Below are positions 21,871 to 25,835 of a stretch of DNA of 25,835 nt, piece after piece. How positions within the stretch are numbered: the stretch's first letter is position 1; each line of letters starts with the position of its first letter. The DNA comes from an uncultured bacterium (GTDB taxonomy: Bacteria; Caldisericota; Caldisericia; B22-G15). A program made the position numbers and the translations under genes. The notes beneath the pieces are model-generated. The model was given only the letters and a program-made list of their open reading frames with translations. It was not told the DNA's origin and made no database searches. Location of the stretch: contig CBFDTJ010000013.1 in the NCBI GenBank assembly GCA_965612865.1, positions 1 to 25,835 on the forward strand, in the 5' to 3' direction.

Positions 21871-22013
21871 AGCATTGTCATACCACAGGGAAAATAAACG
21901 ATGAGAGAAATAAACTCTGCTGGTGGCAGGCTGATTCTTTGTAGACTGGAGGAAATTAATGGTGGCTAAACTGATAGAATAAGAGAATAATTCTCTTTTA
22001 TCTCCTCCCATCG

Positions 22014-22028
22014 CTAATTTTAAATTAG
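22014..22028. promoter_or_regulatory. Palindromic candidate operator overlapping the -10 box
   Basis: CTAATTT-T-AAATTAG, a perfect 7-bp inverted repeat with a 1-nt spacer. Confidence 0.4.
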
Positions 22029-22050
22029 TAAATCTTTATTCCGTTGTCAA
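22022..22050 (-). promoter_or_regulatory. sigma70-type promoter upstream of the 535-aa gene and giant gene
   Basis: Minus strand TTGACA (22050-22045), a 17-nt spacer and TAATTT (22027-22022): perfect -35, optimal spacing, partial -10. Confidence 0.6.
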
Positions 22051-22073
22051 GATAAATTTTCCAATTTCTGGAA

Positions 22074-22877
22074 TTAAAATTTAAATCCCGACGGGAAAAA
22101 GGTTAATTTTACTTTTTTCTGTATAATGCCAAATCTATTTTTGGGAGAAAATAAATAACGTCCTTTTTCTTCAGGTTTTCCTTCTAAATATAGGACAACA
22201 TCTACCAGATGTTCAAGTAGTGAGGGGCCGGTGATTTTACCTGATTTGGTTAAATGTGAGATTAAAATTATGGCTAACTCTTTACTTCTTGCAAGGGATA
22301 TTACTTCTAAGGTTATTGCTTTTAACTGACTGTAACTTCCTGGAAGGGCATTTACTCTTTCATCATAAAGCCGATTAATGGAATCGAGAATAAGTAATTT
22401 AGGGTTGAGTTTGAGAGTATAATCTATAATCTCTGTTAATTCAGTTTTTGTGAACAGATAAAGATATTTTTCTCTTATTTTTAATCTTTTTATTTTTAGA
22501 TTTAATTGTTTTATTGTTTCTTCGGAAGAGATATAGAGTGTAAAACCATATTTTTGGGAAAATCTTGCTCCTAATTGTAAGGCAAGGGTGGATTTTCCTA
22601 TGCCATGTTTTCCTCCTAAAAGAATTACACTTCCTGAATAAATTCCTCCTCCAAGGAGATTATCTAAAGATTTTATTTTTAATGGATAAAATTTTACTCT
22701 TTCGGTTTTTAAATGGGTAATTACTTCTGGTTTTTCTTCTTCATCAAAGGTTATTAAATCCAGCGGTAATTCTTTGATATGTCCTCTCATTTTACAATAG
22801 GGACAGAAGAGGGGTTTTTTACCAGAGGAAGTGGAAGATAACTTTCTACCACAGGAAGAGCAGATGTATTTTAACAT
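22074..22877 (-). CDS. radA: RadA/Sms-like ATPase lacking the C-terminal Lon-like domain
   Basis: N-terminal C4 finger (CSSC-x15-CPYC), LDNLLGGG, Walker A GKHGIGKST, YISSEE, Walker B LLILDSI, GP..LEHLVDVV and the KNRFG signature. Only 267 aa. Confidence 0.8.
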   Translation of the reverse strand: MLKYICSSCGRKLSSTSSGKKPLFCPYCKMRGHIKELPLDLITFDEEEKPEVITHLKTERVKFYPLKIKSLDNLLGGGIYSGSVILLGGKHGIGKSTLALQLGARFSQKYGFTLYISSEETIKQLNLKIKRLKIREKYLYLFTKTELTEIIDYTLKLNPKLLILDSINRLYDERVNALPGSYSQLKAITLEVISLARSKELAIILISHLTKSGKITGPSLLEHLVDVVLYLEGKPEEKGRYLFSPKNRFGIIQKKVKLTFFPSGFKF

Positions 22878-22879
22878 AG

Positions 22880-23605
22880 TTAGAAGGGTGAAGGTCGCTC
22901 CGCTGAAGGTTGGAGTTCTCTCAGTCTTAAATAGTATTTACCATTTATATCTACATAAAAGTCCATCTGATATTTTTTGCCAGGGTCAATTGGAATAAGA
23001 ATTATACGGTTTTCAGTCTGAGGTGTTTGTTTTTCGGTTTTTAAAGGTTCTGGTTGATAGGGATATTTCTTTATCTGCCAATAGGAGAGGATTTTTTCTT
23101 CTTCTGGTCTTTCTCTTATCTCTTTTCTCCAGTATTCTTTTTTTATTATTTTTACCTGTGGGAATAGCATTATTTTCGCAAGTCCTTTATCAAGAAGAAT
23201 TTTATTAAGGCATTTTTTGTCATTATTGTAAAAAATTAATCCAAGAATTCTATTATATGGGTCAATAGGATAATCTTTTTGATAGATTATTGTTACTGTT
23301 CTATTTAAAATCTCCCTTTCTACAAACTCTTTTGCTTTTATTCCTTCTTCTGTTGGTAGTTCAGGAGTATCTATTCCTAAAAGACGGATTTTTCTTCCTT
23401 TTTTGTCAATTAATGTATCTCCATCTATTACTCTTACTATTTTTGTGGTGTATTTCTTATGGGGAGTACTCAAGTCAAGGAAAGGGAAATTGCTTTCTGC
23501 ATAAAGAGAAAGAAGAAATGTAATAGATAGAAGTACGCTTCGCTGAAGGTAGAAGAATTGCTTTTTAGCCTTTAACCTTGTCACTTTATCTTTGCTACTT
23601 TTCAT
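22880..23605 (-). CDS. Thermonuclease (staphylococcal nuclease, SNase) family protein, probably exported
   Basis: VIDGDT, IRLLGIDTPE, D.Y.RILG and LNKILLDKGLA motifs. Hydrophobic stretch SVLLSITFLLSLYA near the N-terminus. Confidence 0.88.
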   Translation of the reverse strand: MKSSKDKVTRLKAKKQFFYLQRSVLLSITFLLSLYAESNFPFLDLSTPHKKYTTKIVRVIDGDTLIDKKGRKIRLLGIDTPELPTEEGIKAKEFVEREILNRTVTIIYQKDYPIDPYNRILGLIFYNNDKKCLNKILLDKGLAKIMLFPQVKIIKKEYWRKEIRERPEEEKILSYWQIKKYPYQPEPLKTEKQTPQTENRIILIPIDPGKKYQMDFYVDINGKYYLRLRELQPSAERPSPF

Positions 23606-24608
23606 CTGCTATTACTTTATTTCTTTCTTCTTTCGCTTTTAAGAGTGCTAAATCTGCTTTCCTTACCAGTTCTTCAGCTGTCATGCCTATCTTATACTCG
23701 GCTACTCCTATTGATAAAGTAACCCTAATCTCTTTCTCTGGCTCACTACTTACTGCTATCTGTTTACTTATCTTTATCCTTTCTTCTACTTCTTTCCTCA
23801 ATCTCTCTGCAATGGATACTCCTTGTTTTACATCAACATCTAAAAGTATTATACTGAACTCCTCTCCTCCCCATCTTGCTATTATGTCTTTATCACGAAA
23901 ATGCTCCTTAAATAATTTTGCTATTTCTATTAAAATCTCATTTCCTTTCTGATGACCAAATGTATCATTTATTCTTTTGAAGTGGTCAAGATCAATCATA
24001 AGAAGAGAAAATTTTCTCTTTTCTCTCTTTGCTTTATCAATTAAATCATCTAATCTTTCTTCAAAATACCATCTTGTAAGAAGCCGTGTTAAACTGTCAT
24101 ATCTTGTCATGTTTTTTAACTTTAAATTGACCAGAACCTGTGCTGTTATTCCAGGAAAGATGTCAAATAACAGTGGTGCTTGTTTTATTCCATTTCTCAT
24201 TTTTATCACTATCATTCCAATGGTATTTTCCTGATAGATTATGGGGATATAGAGAAAGCTATTTTTATAGATTACTTTCTTCTTCTGAATGTATTTTTCT
24301 GCTTCTTTTTTTATTTCTTCTCTTTCTTCTGATATCTCTCCCTGTTCTTTTATTTCTTCCAATTTTCCTTCTTTAACACAGAATAATAAACAATATTCTC
24401 CTGAGCTTGCTTTTAGATAAATCCTGCATATCAGGGTTAATAATTTATCTTTTTGTCTTAAGGTTGTTACTTTTTGTGAAAGGTCTTTAATAAGATTTAA
24501 GTCTTTTTTGAAAATCTGTTGCTGTTTCTGGTATTTTTTCTTTAAGTGGAGATGTCTTAAAAATAGAAATATGAAAAAAAGAAATATTATTGAGAAGAGA
24601 ACTATCAT
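23595..24608 (-). CDS. Membrane-anchored GAF-like + GGDEF diguanylate cyclase
   Basis: N-terminal TM helix; GAF-like region (LYIPIIYQENTIGMI); DSLT.L, MIDLDHFKRINDTFGHQKGN, RDKD (RxxD I-site), RWGGEEF, TLSIGVA, AD.AL..AK...RN. Confidence 0.92.
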   Translation of the reverse strand: MIVLFSIIFLFFIFLFLRHLHLKKKYQKQQQIFKKDLNLIKDLSQKVTTLRQKDKLLTLICRIYLKASSGEYCLLFCVKEGKLEEIKEQGEISEEREEIKKEAEKYIQKKKVIYKNSFLYIPIIYQENTIGMIVIKMRNGIKQAPLLFDIFPGITAQVLVNLKLKNMTRYDSLTRLLTRWYFEERLDDLIDKAKREKRKFSLLMIDLDHFKRINDTFGHQKGNEILIEIAKLFKEHFRDKDIIARWGGEEFSIILLDVDVKQGVSIAERLRKEVEERIKISKQIAVSSEPEKEIRVTLSIGVAEYKIGMTAEELVRKADLALLKAKEERNKVIADEK

Positions 24609-25195
24609 CTCAATCCTTTTTTTATTGCGATATAGGTTAGAATTGGATAAATTATGTATTTAAAAAGTTTTATGTTCTCTTCTATCTCTTTAATTGTTCT
24701 TGCTGAACTTTTATATGGTATGTAAATCATATCTCCGTATTGAAGTTGATAATCTATTCTATTTTCAAAAATGTCTGATAATTCAAACTCTCTCCATTCT
24801 CCATCCTGATAGATGTAAATTAATCCCTCTGCTTTCTCTGAGATTCCTCCTGAAAGTGCAATAATTTCAGCAATGGTCCCCTGGGGATATTTTCCGGGTT
24901 TTATCACCTCTTTGTCTCCTAATATAATGACTGATTCTTCTGTAGGCTTTATTGAGATTATGTCTACTTCTGGGTGATATACTCTTTTTAAATACTCTTC
25001 TGCTTCTTTTAATGTTTTTCCTGACAATTTCAATTCACCAAATCCTGGTAAATATATGTTTCCATCTGGTAAAACATTAAATTCTCTTTCCTTCTCTTTT
25101 AAGGATATTTTGATTACATCTCCTGGTGAAATTGTGTAAGGATATAATAGATTACTTACAAACATTATAAGTGTTATAATCTTCAATTCTTTCAC
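24605..25195 (-). CDS. Polysaccharide export (Wza/Poly_export) + SLBB domain protein, short form
   Basis: YTISPGDVIKI, VLPDGNIYLPGFGELKLSGKTLKEAE, VIKPGKY, EIIALSGG, LQYGDMIYIP and a C-terminal hydrophobic/amphipathic helix. Confidence 0.8.
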   Translation of the reverse strand: MKELKIITLIMFVSNLLYPYTISPGDVIKISLKEKEREFNVLPDGNIYLPGFGELKLSGKTLKEAEEYLKRVYHPEVDIISIKPTEESVIILGDKEVIKPGKYPQGTIAEIIALSGGISEKAEGLIYIYQDGEWREFELSDIFENRIDYQLQYGDMIYIPYKSSARTIKEIEENIKLFKYIIYPILTYIAIKKGLR

Positions 25196-25725
25196 ATCTT
25201 TATCTCTCTTATCATTCTGTCTATTTCCTGATAGAGGTCTTTTACTTTTCTGTTGTTAAAAATTATATAGTCAGGTGTTACTTTTTCATAATTTATAGAG
25301 TCCTCTATATTTTGATAGATAAGTGAATCAATTGAACCATCCCTTTTTAAGAGTCGTTTTATCCTTATTTCCTCTTTTGTTTGAATTAAAACTGATTTAA
25401 AACCTCTTTCTTTTAACCAGTTATATTCTGATTGATGTCTTACATCTGGTATTACTATTCCTTGCTGGCTGAAATTTGTGGAAAGAAATTCTTCAATTTG
25501 TTTCTTAAGATTAAATATCCATACTTCTGGATGTATCTCTTTAAGTTTTTTACTTATGATGCGATATAATCTGTAATCCTGTTTTAAAAAGTATAAATAT
25601 TTTTCTGCAATTTCTCTTATTGGTGTATCAATAAATATACTTACAAAGTTGTATTTTATTGTAAGATACTTGGCAACTGTTTCCTTTCCAGAACCTATCT
25701 CTCCAAATAGGAAAATTCTATACAT
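25192..25725 (-). CDS. P-loop nucleoside monophosphate kinase-like protein (dNMP kinase / dephospho-CoA kinase-like)
   Basis: GEIGSGKETVA P-loop, IVIPDVRHQSE (DVR..E motif), R.KRLLKRDG lid, DYIIFN. AAGGAGG upstream. Confidence 0.78.
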   Translation of the reverse strand: MYRIFLFGEIGSGKETVAKYLTIKYNFVSIFIDTPIREIAEKYLYFLKQDYRLYRIISKKLKEIHPEVWIFNLKKQIEEFLSTNFSQQGIVIPDVRHQSEYNWLKERGFKSVLIQTKEEIRIKRLLKRDGSIDSLIYQNIEDSINYEKVTPDYIIFNNRKVKDLYQEIDRMIREIKM

Positions 25726-25835
25726 TTTTCTATCATTCCTCCTTTTGGTATTTTTCCTTTTCTTCTAAATTTTTCTATCTCTCTCTCAAGATGAGAAATT
25801 TGAGTATAGAGTTTTTTACTTAAATCTTCATAGTA
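25695..25835 (-). CDS. 3' end of a hypothetical protein entering from the right edge
   Basis: Open frame YYEDLSKKLYTQISHLEREIEKFRRKGKIPKGGMIEKCIEFSYLER* ends in TAG at 25697-25695 and overlaps the kinase gene by 31 nt. Confidence 0.55.
   Translation of the reverse strand, partial: YYEDLSKKLYTQISHLEREIEKFRRKGKIPKGGMIEKCIEFSYLER

Noticed and set aside
21859..22011. 50-aa minus-strand ORF MGGDKRELFSYS...ASRE in the leader
   Set aside because: No upstream RBS, no recognisable motif, and it runs through the palindromes; a leaderless peptide cannot be excluded but is unsupported.
21772..22015. Possible c-di-GMP riboswitch in the leader, suggested by the nearby GGDEF gene
   Set aside because: I could not find class I or class II consensus elements by eye; an Rfam search would settle it.
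22059..22073. TTCCA-N5-TGGAA hairpin right after the radA-like stop
   Set aside because: A weak 5-bp stem without a clear U-tract is not convincing as an intrinsic terminator.
20630..24376. Plus-strand ORFs opposite the 535-aa, nuclease and GGDEF genes
   Set aside because: Antisense shadows of well-supported minus-strand genes.

Overview
AT-rich bacterial-type DNA with every credible gene on the minus strand. About 78% of the window is one giant open reading frame that the ORF track missed because it runs off the left edge without a stop. It starts at ATG 20167 (MKLKIKLFLIF...), and I translated it by hand in one frame to position 2 without meeting a stop, giving at least 6722 codons. It encodes a secreted multidomain surface protein: PPC-like, FN3 and Ig-like domains, an intact M23 Zn-peptidase (HTGID...HLH), two ZU5-like domains, FlgD-like Ig domains, Kelch and NHL-like beta-propellers, a ConA-like domain and many ~90-aa 'D-x-T-P-P...SG...D-x-x-GN-x-E' repeats. 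Its most unusual trait is that five accessory modules are inserted inside scaffold domains at equivalent loops, one of them apparently nested three levels deep. The gene is translationally coupled (ATGA overlap) to a 535-aa secreted propeller-like protein. Both lie downstream of a sigma70-like promoter with an overlapping palindrome and a structured leader. Further upstream is a tightly overlapping gene string: partial ORF, NMP-kinase-like, Wza/SLBB-like, GAF-GGDEF, thermonuclease and a C-terminally truncated RadA. No rRNA, tRNA, CRISPR array or transposase was recognised. Domain calls come from motif recognition by eye, not from database searches.
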